A stretch of DNA of 64,000 nucleotides from Botryllus schlosseri. Taxonomy: Eukaryota. Shown here in pieces: positions 39,144 through 53,364 of this stretch. Within the stretch, counting starts at the first letter, position 1, and each line of letters opens with the position of its first letter. The stretch lies in the NCBI GenBank assembly GCA_051294905.1, contig CM119372.1:8744001-8808000 (forward strand), given 5' to 3'. The notes below the pieces were generated by a model. That model had not been told where the DNA came from and did not search any database. It saw nothing but the letters and a program-made list of their open reading frames with translations. The position numbers were made by a program, and so were the translations under genes.

Positions 39144-41894
39144 TCAGTGGCGTATCGCCGCGCGCGATTGTAAGAAACGCAGGCGGTACGCGGCGGTCGC
39201 TAATCTGTTTTATTCCGTCGATACTATGTCGCCGATATGCAAGTTGTATTCCTTTGTTACACGCATTTCCGAACGCTTCTTACGGATAAGCGAGGAATAG
39301 TTACTGAGAAATTTTACCGCTTTTTCAAATCCAGTATTTTCTATGTTGAATCAAACAGATTAACTGCACTTGGTCCGGGAATAATTGTTCTTCGTTCTCA
39401 CAACAATTTACATTATTGGGTAGCATGTGCCTTTACTCCAATCCCAATTTTGAACAAATACATTGTGTTTGGATGCATGCGGGCCGCGTAGCTACCATTG
39501 CTAATGTGACCGAAAGCTAGAGCCCTAGGGCATCGAATTTACCTCCGAATCGAAATGCAACATTGTTTGACTGCAGGGGATTTTTATTCCTCTTTTAGTT
39601 CTGGGCACGCACCAAGTCTGGGTTAGCATGATCTTTTTTCGATACCCAATGGACAGTGGGAAGTGTAGAAAACAATGGTGGAATCTGATTTGTAAATTTG
39701 TGGTTGAAAATGATATTTTTTGTGTTGTTGAAACCTGAGGCGTATCTGCTCCGTACGCCGAATTTCCGGGCTCTGTGTATCACTCTGTACATTACATGAT
39801 CGACGCTCACTCGAAACTTGGTTTATAGCTATGGCCGCCATCGATGTTTCACGTAAATACGCTCAACTGCCCCATGAAATAAGCGTCTTTATCTCCAGTG
39901 TAAAAACTGCCGTTAGCCTGTTGTTTTGCGGCGCATGCCACTTTAGCTTGATTCCACGCCATGCTCACTTGTAATGAAATTGTGTGCTGCCGCCATACTG
40001 TAGCGAGCGGGATGGTAGTACGTTTTATCGGTGCTGTCCTAATAAAGTTTCGTGAAGTTTTTATAGCTTGATGCTTTCGCGGCAATTGCAGTTTACATGT
40101 CATTTTAGATCTTATTTTAGTAGCTACTTTTTTAGCTTGAAATTTACTTTTTCTAGTATAATTGATCTTTGTCTGCGAGCAGGTTTCGACTACACGCGCG
40201 CGTCGTGTTTCCTACCCTCTTGTAGTCGGCAAGTGAGTGACTGTTTCGATTCCCAATCAAGTGTGCCTTGTCATATCATTTCCGGAGAAGTATTTTCAAG
40301 TGTCTATTTTAGTGCTTAAATGAGCGTGAAATTTATACCTTCGTGACCCTTACTTTGGACCCACTAAATCTTTTTTTCATTGATATAACATCCTCTGTAG
40401 CTGATGATTGTCGTATAAGAGGGATTACGGATCGTTTAGATCCCTATATCCAGCAAGTTCAAAAACGGTACGAGACACGCTTGCATTTAATGACATCTTT
40501 TGGTGCTATTGAAACCTTATACGTCTGCGACCAATCACTTTACTGACGTTAATATCAACTTCCTGCCCATTGACCCTAGTGTCATTTTCGTAATTCCCCC
40601 GACCAAACCCCCTGTCGTTTGTAAGCGCATAGCGGAATCGTTGTTCTTTTGCGCATTTGGTTCGTCATCACTGCTCATGTTGCACGTCACTGCATTGTAC
40701 TGTACATGATATGTGTGTCTAGTGAACTCGCGTTTTCTCGTGTATATTTTATTTGTTTTGCAATCATGCAGATGCCTCCTATTTTTCATTGCGTCTTACT
40801 GTTTTATTCTAGCTCCCACCAGTGGGGGCCACATGGAATATATACTGAAATTAATATCGTGTCGAAAATTTTTGCCTTGCCAATCGGAGGAAGTTCAGTG
40901 ACTGGCGTGGAACATGCTAGGTCGCGCAACCAGCCTAATACACTGCAACCGTCTAGTCTAGCCTAGCTCAGCGCTGCGCAACCGATGTGTCGCGGGTCAA
41001 TGTTAAGTGTGTTGCTCTGCAAAGATTCAACATGTAATGAACTTCCAACTAAATAGGCAATTAACGAATCCAAATTCCGGGCTATTTTGCGCTTTCGAGG
41101 TATTTGTGTGTCATTTACGATTCATTTCTCAGTGCAATGTAGTAGGGCTTTCTATAATAGGGAAATATGCTACCTTCAAGTTATTCAGAGGGACCTCAAA
41201 ATATTGATATTATATGCCCACGTTCTAGTTAATAGGAAGCAATCAATAATGTCACTTTAATTTTGCCGATTTCGTAATTATGTTTCGCCTGTGACCGTTG
41301 TGGATGTGGACCGTATCAACCTTTTTCCCTCGATTTCTCTCTCGTCTTGCAAAAACGAGAGGAATTTCAGAATCTACAATCTTCATCGTCTCGATATGAC
41401 CAGTGGTGCCACTCCTAGTGTTTTTACACTAGAGTTAGTGTATTTTGACTTGACATAGTGTTCTAGTGTTTTGTCATGAAAAAATACATTTGAATGAAGA
41501 TGTTATTATGATGTGCTTTACATAATGTATAATTCGAGGAATATTTATTATTATCTGTCAACACTTGCTAATTTAGCACAAGAACAAACCCCATACGTTA
41601 ATTGCCTTGGTGCCGTTCATTTCTGTCACTGGCAGAGTGAAAATACGAGCCCTAGACCAGATTTTTCAAATCCCAAAAGCGGACCGATGACAAGCGAATA
41701 TGCTAACTTGCCCAAATTGCATGGACCAATGCATGAATGATAAACCTAGCATGTGGGAGGCTTCTCCCCCAGACCCCCTCCCACCAGCCTGTGCTGTCTT
41801 ACCACTACTTGTCAACGAGATTGGGGGATTGTTTGGTGAATCAGCGTTTGACGTCTGAAACCGCGCGAAAAATTTATATAATTCATGATTGAAT

Positions 41895-42758
41895 TCGAAG
41901 GTGACTCGAGCCAAGTCAAGTCAATCGATTTTTGGAGGTGACTCGAGTCAAGTCAAGTCACGAGTCAAGTCACATTTCAAGTCAAGTTGCCTTTTCGAAC
42001 TATGAGGCATGCTTATGTCAATGCATTTTGCTAGCTGTCTGAAATACAGATTGAGTGGCCATTGATTCTGAACCGATGAAAAAATATGAAGTTAAATATA
42101 CACGCAAGAAGGCGCTGCATCGGTCACATATACGTAGAAATGCTAAACTACGTAAGTAATAGCATAGCCTCAGCTTATAGTTACCAGCCAAAATAGAGAA
42201 TGGAGGAACGAATTGATAAGATGCAATACATCACCCATTTACAAGTTGATATGATATAATTCGAGCCTGTGCCAATGGTTGAGAACTATATAAACTATGT
42301 TCGAATTCAATTTCAATAAAACAAGAAGTTTGGCTCAGGTAATAACAGAGAACAGTAATAGACATTTTGCTATTTAATACTTTACTATGCTAGTTTACGA
42401 CAGCGTAAACTGTAAGCTTCGATCACTTCGTTAGCGGTCAATTTATTACGGAGAGAACAATGGAGGCTCAGTAAAACGCACGATCACTGGATGATTGGTC
42501 GCTCTCACGCGTTACACCAGCGTTTCGCGAACAATCCGATAGCAAGATACAGTGATTTTTATGGACATCGATTGCTTGATGACTTGAAATTGACTCGTGA
42601 ATTTTGCTTCGGGTCATGAGTCAATCCACATTTCTGATACGCCGAGTCAAGTCAAGTCAAGTCATTTTAGCAAAGTGACTCGAGTCAAGTCAAGTCATAC
42701 GAATAAAGTGACTCGAGTCTGACTCGAGTCAAGTCATGACTCGAGTCATCCCAACACT
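41895..42758. mobile_element. TCAAG/GACTCGAGTC-rich MITE (second subfamily)
   Basis: Clusters of gactcgagtcaagtcaagtc at both ends and a right terminus cccaacactg; the left end is not resolved. Confidence 0.6.
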
Positions 42759-43589
42759 GGTACATTGTACAAGTACAGTGCCCGACGTTGAATTAAGTTC
42801 TCAAATATTGATGCACCACTAGATTTTCAGTGCACTAATTTCGCTTTTGTTCCATTCGTTTGAAGGGTACACTTCTATACTCCACTAAAATTGATCGACG
42901 GCGGACGGACTGGTACCGAGCGCACCGATATCGAATTTGAAGCCTTTGGGTATAGTTGGTAAAAAGTGAATTTCTGTAGAAAAGATCGCGACATGCGCTC
43001 ATTTCTGCAGTTACATCTGAACAAGTCGCACCATTTCAAGATTAAATTGGATTGTATGACTTGATTGAACGAGCGCAGTATCGGTATTAAAACATCACGT
43101 CACTTTTTCAATGCTGTATAATGTGTACGTGTACAATGTACAAATGTACAGTACATGCAATGACATGGAGTAAATTGAAATCTTTTCCGGATATGACGTC
43201 ATCGACAGACGACACGAAGCTATTCTTACGTCACGGGACTTCGCATACCCCCACAAAATGATGGTTCCTTGCGACGGCTACAACCGAACCATAGTTCCGG
43301 AGCCGGAGCTGGAGCCGAAGCAGTGGTATCAATGAGCTCCGGAGCTAATTCATTATAGAAGAGAGCTCCGGAGCCGGAGCTGGACGAGTTTAAAATTTGC
43401 GACTGCTCCAAGGCCCTGGTCAGCATAAGGGCAGTCCTTTTCGGCCAAGGTTTTCTCGCTGCCGATCGTTCTAGTGCGTCGTGGCGCGGTAATGGCCGCC
43501 CCGAAATGCCCATTTCTATAAATAATGCGTGTTTATTCTTGGGCACGTGTACCTAATAATCATAATAAATGACAACATTAAATCGCGGG

Positions 43590-44016
43590 TGCGGCAGTTA
43601 CGTTCCTGGTTGCGATCATACCCAAATGTGTCCTCGGAAGCGTTGCGCGGTATGATTACATTCGCCAGCACCTATATTTGTGGAAATGGATTTTCGACAT
43701 CGACACGCGTTCATATCAAATTGAAGACGGGGGGGTTTCAAGATACGACCGCGTATTTCAAGAAATACAGTTGCATAATTCGCTTGGAAATGATATAGCC
43801 TATTTAAAAGTCAACTTAATTTCTACATAAATAATATGATGTAATTTTCAAGAAAGGTCATTTTGTTGCTGTTTATCACTAGCCTTCAGTTATCATTTGC
43901 ACAAGACAGATGACGATTGCACGATAATTGAGCTAAATTTGAACTAAAACTTCGGGGGGTACGGGGGTTTGTGACGTTCCAAAAGGGGTCCTCGAAGACA
44001 AAAAGGTTGACCACTG
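43590..44016 (+). mobile_element. remnant of a hAT Buster/Charlie transposon (transposase C-terminus and right TIR)
   Basis: YPNVSSEALRGMITFASTYICGNGFS..HIKLK resembles the hAT dimerisation motif YP.L...AL..L.PF.TTYLCE.GFS....IK.K; right end aaaaaggttgaccactg. Confidence 0.7.
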
Positions 44017-47000
44017 GCCTATATTATGGTCGCTCCCGACATGCCCAGGCTGTTTCGCAATGAAGCCAAGTAGGCTACAGCAATCTCCATCAATTAAATG
44101 AAACGAAATAGTTGACTTAATATTGTTATTTTGGTTGTGTTCGCATATGCTAGCATTAGCAGTAATAAGCAGCGTATACGCAATACACATATACTGAATG
44201 CGTTGGGTATTCGACTTGCGGCTGGTAGTGTCGATTAATGGTGAATGGAATAGTTAACATTTTTCAAATATTTCCATGCCGGATAACATGAGTGCCGCGG
44301 GCATAGTCTACCTTCGAATAAAAAAGAATGCCCAGGCCTAACCTAAACAGTTAGCGGTTAACTTGTTTGAAGCCCAATAACATTGAATTGTTTATACAAG
44401 AACTAATTTTAGTTAAATGATAAAGCCGTATTGATATTGCCAATTACCGGCAGGGTTCTTACGAGACAGTTATCGGGAGTCATCCAGAGACCAAGTGTGT
44501 AGGTAACCACTGAACTTGCGGTGGTCGTCAGCGAAGCAAATGCGGCCATTAATGTTATTTATTTACTGTTGATTGCTAAACCATGGGCTGGACGTATGAT
44601 ATTGGTGGATCATTTCTTTGGTGTACTGTAAATACACTGTTCTTTTAGAACTTCTGGTGCGGGCCACATTGTATTAAACTGCGACAACGACGCTGGTTTA
44701 TGGCTTGACAAATGGTCGATTGTTCGCTGATTGTTTCTGTTTTAACGCCTTATCTCTCCCGCCTCACGTAATCTGCTGCTTGATTTACGACAATATCCTT
44801 AAAAGTTGGTGGTGTTGCTTGATGTTATTGTTTGGCACCATATTCTAAATGGTATCACTTGTTCTGACTTGAATTTTATATCAACCGCAAGAAATTCTGA
44901 ATTCAGCGGACTTCGCGGAATTTGCTATGTTTTATAGTTGACACGCATCTAGAGGCTGAAATCAATCTGATACACACCATGTATTTATATAAAATTTAAT
45001 TCCGATCGATTCAGGGTTCTGATTAGCGTTTATCGGAAATACCTAATAATTCTCGATTACATCATGATATAATTTTCACTTACAGGGAATTTCGACATGC
45101 AACATTCTCGCAACCCGCAAAATGCGGCACCATTTTCAACAAAATTCCGGTAGTGCCATAAAACACTTTGAACACACCACCTTTGGAATTTCCGCGTGCT
45201 CCATATCGTCAATTTCCCGGTTAGGCAGTTTATGTACCGACTGTGATGATCGCGTATAAAAATTATAATTATGTGCAATCTAACACACTATTTTGGCCGT
45301 TTCAATTTGGGCTGTATTATAACTTGTTTACGGAGGATGAATCTATTGTCTGCTTACCAAGAATATAGTATAACCGAATTCCCGTCACTAAATTACTCGA
45401 AACACCTTCGTCGACGGTGTAATTGCCATAAATTTTAATATATTATAGTGCTCTGAGTAATTTTCCTCTTATGGGATGCATTGCTACTATAATCAATAAT
45501 ATCAAGATTTGAAAGGGCTGATGAAACCTCGATGCACAATCGTATATGAGATAGTAAATGGTTGACCGTAGCTCAGTGGTGGTGCGATTCTCGGTAACTA
45601 ACTCACCAGAACACAGCCACTAGAAAACAAAGCCAGTGGCGGCCTTAAGCCCGAACAAATGGGCAAGGTTAAGAAAGAAGGGGTATCCAAATCATGGTGC
45701 GGTTCGATAGGCGGCAGTTAGGCAATGGTCCGCTGTGGCTGTGGCAATCCCACGCACTCTGCAGAAGACTCTCTATTTTGCAGGGCTCACAAACGCGGTG
45801 CCGGCGGGTTCCAGGGCGCCGTCAGGACCATATGGGTCGCGCGCGGTAACAGTAGCAAGTATTCAAATGGGTGCAGCACGAAATGGAGAAGGGTTCAATA
45901 TAAATGTTGTTGAACGTGGGTCAGCCGACCCTGAGAAACATATGCTAACGCATTTTTCGATCTGCTCGACCAGTTGCTGCGATTTCATGCTTAATGCCAA
46001 AATGTAGTACAATACCATCCGATACTTTTCTGATCGAAATCAATTGTAGCCATTTTATAACGCCGCCGCGCACAAACCTTGCATTCAAAATTCTCATCTG
46101 ATTCCAATAACAATAATAAACGTCGGTGGTATATTGAATAGGCTCAGCAGAACAATCTATGTGATTACTATTCAGCCGGGTTGAATACAATTGACCTGCA
46201 AACATACAGGTTAACCTGATTTTTAAGCAAGAATAAAAGTATTTTCCCCACGATAAGTATATTTCAATTTAAATGCTTTCTCCCCTCCCATATGGAGCCT
46301 CCAGTCTCGAAACCTTGATCAAACAGTTGCATTTCACAGCAATTACAACACTTAGCGGAAATGATATTTATGTATTTCTATGTAGTCAGGAGTCCTCGCG
46401 ACCAACCGAAAACGCTTCTAATTATTCATTGTGTCAAATAGTTCACAGTTGTCAAACCTGACATTTTCGGTAACTATATAGGCGTAGGCTTATACCTATA
46501 GAAGGATTTTTCTTTCTTTCTCCATATATGAACGGTATGGAATAGGCATACTCAATTCTGCCCAGTCCCGATATTCAGTATAAGTATAATCCTGCCATAT
46601 ACGCGCAATAATATAATTGCGAAGAAAGCATATTACGAAACTATTATTATTAATCCCATTAGTTTTTCAATAATTAATTATTATATAGGCCTATTCGGGA
46701 AGATGACTTAAACCTTTTATCTAAAAGTCACATATTTACTATAGGCTGTCTCGGTGACTCGTCCATGTTTCTAAACTGTATGATTCGGCTATTATGCATA
46801 CCTATCTCTGATGCCCAAGATTTCCATCCTCATCCCAATAGCTATAACTGTCATATATGATGCTGACTGCATATAAAATTCTTATATATTCATCGAACAA
46901 GTTGTCTTTAAATTACCATATGTTTAAAAACGGCACACATGGCTTACGCGTTCCGTATAAAATGTCCGAAGGATTTGAAGTCAGACGACATGAAATAGAG

Positions 47001-47417
47001 CAATCAATAAATAACGACAACTATTTTTAATAAGAATTTATACTCTCAGAAAATTCAGCATTCAAAATTCAAGCGTTTCTTATCAAATATATATATGAGT
47101 GATTTACGGAATAAATAGACTACAAAATTGCGCTGCTTTAAATTGAAATAAAGAATCGAAAAAAAAGCAATAGGAAATATTTATCGCAAAATGTGTATTG
47201 AAGATAGCGACTATTACGTCGACGTAATTTTAGCAACCTTGCTGTTTGGCTTGTGGGTCCGTGCATAACCGTCTGTCGACAACGGACAATTGGCGATGAT
47301 ATACTCCGATCAAATTCAGCAGGTCGCAGTTAAAATCACAATACGATCATCTCCAATCAGATCGCCGTGCATTAGATAAAGTCATGTGACTCTATTTTCA
47401 TTCAGATGTCCGGCTCC

Positions 47418-48804
47418 TCATTCGGATCGTTCGAATATCGGAATGCTATAAACGCCGTTGTCAATGATCTCCCTGAGACGTCTGGCTAACATATGCCTCT
47501 CTTTCGTACCCGAATTTCTTCGGTAATTCGTTTTGTGGTTGACGTGCGCGAGAATTCGAGGATTATCCCCGAAACTGCGTTCGGGAAGGAACAAACTTGA
47601 CATTCGGAGCTTTTCGGTTAGGCGCCCGTCGTGGCACATCTCCTCTCGGGTACTCTCCATGACCAACGGGGCCATACACTTTCCCGGGCGGTGCCATTCT
47701 CTGTACCGGCGCCACGGTTCAATAGCGGCGCACCCTTTCGGTATGTCAATAGGCACAATCTCCCTGCAAATTATAGGAATTGAGTTATCCTTGATGCAGA
47801 CAAACATAATGATGAACCATAGCATACCGCCAGTTTACCACAAAATGGCGACGCACGCGGAATACTATTATACTACATGATACATCTGTTGTTACAAAAG
47901 TTCTCAAACGTAGAATATTGTTTGCTATAATAATACAATAGCAAATCCTTGAAACTCACAGCGGCGGGTTGTTGATCTCAATAAGATATATACCATACTC
48001 TTGTTTGTAAACTTTGCCTATGATTAACACGATTTCTCGATTCCCGGCACTCGGAAGCAATTACGTGTGAAACCAATCGTACTTCTGACTCAAGTGCATA
48101 TGGAATTGATTGGTTCTTATAAACAACTTACACTTCGCAACAATATATGTTATCCGGTGCGTGGCATACGCATGCTCGGCAAGTGTCTTCGTCGAAGATG
48201 CGTTCCATTAATGCATAAGTCCTACCCTTGTGGTGGCACATGGGCTTTCCACGTGGCGACAGTATCAAATCTTCCTCTGTCAATTGAAAAACAGTTGAGT
48301 TATTATCCCAATTAAGCAATGCCATGAAAACTTGCAACTGTGTTTTCCTTTCCAAATCTAGTTTGGATTAATAGTCAAATTTATACAGAGAAGGTAAAGT
48401 ACATGCAGCGTAATGTTAGCTAGGACCTTAACCGAACGCTTTATCATGAAAACAGGTCAATCCTGTTATCACAATCGCATGATATATTTGTAATATGACG
48501 GCCCTTATATTATTCGAGCATCGAGTAAAGCGAATTCGCCGTATTTAACAAATATTTTGTTTCGACCGTATTTACAGTAGCAAGCGGTATATAGCCTATG
48601 CATTAATTTTCGTAAATCGCAGTAGCATTGAGCAATTAGTGTCATCATACCTCGCCTGTTGAAAAAACATCGTCTTCTGCTGTGAATCTTCATTTCTATT
48701 GAACTGGTCATTTGCTTGATCTTTTTGTATCGACGACGGCCGATTGACGAATGAATGAACAGAGATAGGAGGCACAGTGTTAGATATTTCATCATTGCGG
48801 CCAT
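47418..48804 (-). CDS. secreted beta-microseminoprotein/PSP94 (MSMB/MSMP)-like protein, 3 exons, 214 aa
   Basis: Exons (minus strand) 48804-48651, 48276-48132, 47763-47418; GT-AG, phases 1 and 2, 645 nt. A signal-like MAAMMKYLTLCLLSLFIHSSIG precedes a 10-Cys pattern CFF..CHHKG..CRACVC..CC..P..C..C..C that parallels PSP94. Confidence 0.75.
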
Positions 48805-49789
48805 ATTTCGATTGTAGTAACAATTTCTAAGAGACCTGGAAATGTAATGGTAGGAATTCGAATATGATATGATATTACACGCTCTTGGTGATTCGCTCTA
48901 GCCGAAATGCATTCGTGAGTTTGGAATATGATGTGACGGGAACCATATATTATTCGAACTTCCGAATGATATCGGCACAATAAGTATATGACTAAGAGAA
49001 ATTCCTCGTGTACTCGCCGCACACTACTATCATTGATGAGTTCCGTATCGCAAAATCCATGATATTTATGCTCAAGAAGAAAAGTGCGAGAAAAACTGTC
49101 AAAAATTAATATCTCACTTCTATTTTGATGGCGATGATGTAAGGCTTGATTGCTGGCCGTTCGATGTCACGGAATGAGTAAGTGAAAATAATGTACGCGT
49201 ATCTTACTTGTTTTAATATTTATTTATACCATTTGCAGCGTGTTAGTCGTGAAAATTACTTATGCCCCAGATAATGGGCCTTTGTGAAATCCTTTATTCG
49301 ACTGTTTGAACGGAAATTGTATTGCTTGACCTAAGTCTTGTATAGTTCTCCATGATAAATTTCTGTGTAATAAATGACGTGATGTAAACTAGGCACCGCG
49401 TCAGACCACCGTAACTGCTACTAACGCATTGTCGCAGCGCCACACGATCCGCGTCTATTGCATAAATAAAGATTTTAGCGGCGGTAAAATCATTTCGGAT
49501 TATCACACGATTTTAGCCATTATGGGTAATATGATGGTTTGATTGAGATAAGGCGTATACGTAAACGGAGTATTGCAATTTTCTTCCACCACCTGTTTAG
49601 CTAGGCGGATAAGGCATGTTACACGTATATTTAACGTACAGGGACATATGAGGCTGACATTAAATGTAAACTATAGACCACAAACATATTCACGCCTAGA
49701 TATATCGACAAGGCACGATTCAGTGTGTCAAGAAATCTGTAACGTTATTTGTTAATAAAGTATATTATTATTATTTGGAGAACTCGGTC

Positions 49790-49828
49790 GTGTGTTGTGT
49801 GTGTGTGTGTGTGTGTGCGTGTGTGTGT
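49790..49828. repeat. (GT)n microsatellite
   Basis: Directly visible in the sequence. Confidence 0.95.
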
Positions 49829-51009
49829 CAATGTCATGAAAACATTTGTCGTGAGCATCGATTCTGACACAGCGTCTATTCTCTCCCCGTGTGTATTTGC
49901 AAATAGTCACTAGATCGGATCCGTTTCCGATAGTGCACATAAAATGCCACTCTGACCCTATATACAGCTCGGCTTCACCCTCCATGAGTCACCTTTTATT
50001 ATGCAAAATCCTAGAAACAGGGATTTATAGTTGGATTTTCGCCCTCCTAGAATACGATCTATACTGCGTTCGAATGTATAATATTGCGAAGATACGAGAA
50101 ATACTTATGCATGTCACCTTACACTTCTATGCGAGTTCTTCAATTCAATTTGATGAATAAATGAATATTATACACGCGAGATATAATAAACTGAGTAGCT
50201 ATATAGGTACACATGTCATGTCGTTGCAAATCGCATCTTGTGTTGCGACATTTTGACAGCATTTTCACGTGCAATAAATTTTCCAGTATTTGGGCACCGC
50301 CGAATAAAATTACTCCGCATCAGAAGTTTGATGGAAGAGTTGTAGGCACCGATGTAGTACTGCTGTTGTTTTGGTATTATGGTGTTTTGACTCCGTTGGT
50401 CATTCCCATCAGACCGCGATATTCTTTAATGTGATTACGTTGCAACATCGTGTATTTCTGACGTCACGTCAGTGCTTCACTATTATTACCCGCCCCCATC
50501 TCCAATTATAATCCCCGCTGCTTCTTTTGGAGTGGGAGATATTTCAAAAGGATTTTCACGGTTGCGTTCGTATCCGGGGCATTTGGATCTAGGGTTGAAT
50601 GACTCGAGTCGAGTCAGTTTGTGTATTGACTCGACTTGAACCCGAGTCCTTAATGGGTATATTATGAGTCCGAGGCTTTCAATATCACCCACGAGAAGTG
50701 AATTGAACCTGACTTGAACTCGATGGTGAACAGTAAACACTATGACTTGGACTCGAAGTCCAGTCTTAACATTATGACTCTGCCTCGAGCCGTTGCTCCC
50801 TGACTTGGACTATAGGACTTGACTAGGTGGTGAATTGAAAATGTCTCGATTTGACCCGGGTCAAAACTATAAAAGTCAAATTGACTTGTGACTCGGAATC
50901 TTGTGACTTTTAGGAATTCAAATTATGTACTGCATTTGGTGATGATGTATGTCGATAATATAACAACGAATTTGTGTATTATTTGGAAAATCTAACGAAC
51001 GATACCCAT

Positions 51010-52080
51010 TACCAAATTGTGATATATATATTGTATCGGAAGAATGTATCCAAATCCAATTCCATATAAACAGTCTCAGTAAAGATCTTCACAATTTCTT
51101 GGGTGCAGTTTGGATTGTTCACACCATAGTGGTCGATTCGATTGATAATAATGCCGGTATTAGTCTTCCAGCCGCAATTTCGTACACAAACGTTCCATTG
51201 TGTTCATAATCATTTACGCATACCAGAAAATGGACGTTGTAATCGTCAATCTAAATATCGGTGTCGTAGTGATTTAAATTGAACTGACGCCGTGACTCCG
51301 TAAAGGTCTTAAGCGCAACTTTGCACGTAATCGCATGTTTAATTCTGTTATCACAGGAAACTTATGCTGGTAAAATCTCACGTAATAGCCTTGTGAGAAT
51401 AAGTCTTCTCAAGTGCTGTCGCTTACGGCGTCAAGCCTTGCGCAACAGGAATAGACTTTTATGATATTTCAGCCTATAAATTTATAATATATACATCATA
51501 CAACGGACGTCGGACATTCTGTAAACCACATCACGAGTCGAGTGACTGCCCAGTGCCCAAGTGTGAGTGTCCGATCTATCTGTTGTGTCTTTCATTTTCA
51601 GTACTGTCTTCGGTGCGAGGAGAATGACGTAAAAGGCATTCAGATTACACAAGGTGTGCGACCAATGAAGCCTGGTATTAGGCCATCAGGGTGATGAAGC
51701 AAAGAACCGTCAGAACAAACATAACTTTTCAATATACCGATATTATTCCTTCGATGATAAACTCCACCATGGTCTACTAAAACAGTAGGCCGTGAAGACT
51801 CGACCTATTAACTCCTAATGGCAAGGAATCAATAGTGTATGGGTGTAGTGTAGGCCTTCACACTATTGATTCAGAATCAGTATCAGTTTTTCAAAATTAG
51901 GCCTAGAACCATACAGTCATATTTATCTGTTTGGAATGTACAACCCGCTATATCGCATTTCCCCGAAGGAGTGGCATCTTCCGGTGGTGGCCCCTATAAC
52001 ATGCAATACATTCTATTTTAAATGCCAATGAATAAAATAATCTGCGCAAGCAGCACTCACCATATTTCATGCAACAAGAG
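51010..52080 (-). pseudogene. putative decayed ionotropic glutamate receptor-like gene, copy A (channel region)
   Basis: In order on the minus strand: M1-like LLHEIW*VLLAQIILFIGI (52080-52021), M3-like MFVLTVLCFITLMA*YQASLVAHL (51722-51648), and pre-M4-like GIIINRIDHYGVNNPNC...MELDLDTF (~51160-51045). Contains stops and frameshifts. Confidence 0.35.
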
Positions 52081-53364
52081 CTAAGCTGTAACAACCAGCA
52101 ACACTTATAATTCCAGGCCTACATGATCACTTTATTACCCGGCTCCTATAGCTTTATGTCTCAGCCTATTGAAATTTCGACCGGGTATATTGCTCAAGAC
52201 ATAGCCTTGATTTATCATGGACCAAATGGATCATTGCAGATATGAGCTCATGGCGTGACCACGCCAATTTGAAAATATTGGCTGAAAATAATTTTGAGAA
52301 ATCCTGCGTACTAAATTTCTTTTTACCGTACCACACCTATTTGACTCTAAAAATGATTTTACGTCGTATGGACACATTGTTTATTGAATTTATGTTATAA
52401 CTCTTTAGTTTTAGACAATCTATCTATAAATGTTTTTGTTTCAGTGTATTTAAGAACTCCAGTGAGAGAGCGATTAACTTCGAAAGATCGTGGAATTGTT
52501 ACAACTCAATCGTATACGTTTTATGAGTTATATTTGGAAAAAAACTTTCGACTTCTCCCATTCCAACCCGTTGAATCTGAGAAATCACATTCTTTAGTAG
52601 ATATCACAGATTATGTAAACAGAAATAAGTCTAAATCTTTCATCGATAACACAGCGGCCCGTGGTAAAAACTATTTTGAGAGAGCTGGGGCGTTACTGGC
52701 CAATGACCATGCCAACTGTGCAGTAGGTCGGCACGCAAATTGACAGTAGGACATGCGATATGTTTGTTTAGTGATTTGAAAAGACTGCATCAGTTTGAAC
52801 TCTATATATTTGACTTTGAATGGTGCTACTTTCCTTTAGATTTCGTCATATTGTGACATTTGTGATTATGGCTGAGAATGTCTCCAATATTATCAAAACC
52901 GTTTCCTGTTATGAGGCCAGTGACAGGTGCAAGATGTAGAGAACCTTATTAGACAATGTTTTGCACGGTATACCGTTTATAATCGGACCATCGTCCCTAA
53001 ATTGAACTGTGTATATTTTTCATGTGGGCAAAGAATGCTAAAAGGCAGGCACGTGCCAGATGCCATTTACGGTGTGATGGTGATATTCCGAGGTACAACT
53101 CTTTCCCTACTGTCGTACATTCCACAGAACAGTTGACGTATCACGTCAAACGCAATCGAAAACTTCTGGCACGGCTGAAATGAACCGACTGTGGAAGAAT
53201 TTCCTTTCTGGTGGAAACCACTAGGATTTCCAGTCATGCGCATAATGTGATTGAGAATTTTTCGCGATAAAAATATATCAACACACTGGAGAAATACTAT
53301 ACAACCTGATATGATTGGTGTTACCGTCCATAATTGGCAATCGAAAATGAAGTAGTGTTTGGAA

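Noticed and set aside
51010..52080. Stop-codon reassignment or readthrough in the receptor-like relics
   Set aside because: TAA, TAG and TGA all occur together with frameshifts, and neighbouring genes use TAA and TGA as normal stops, so decay is the simpler explanation.
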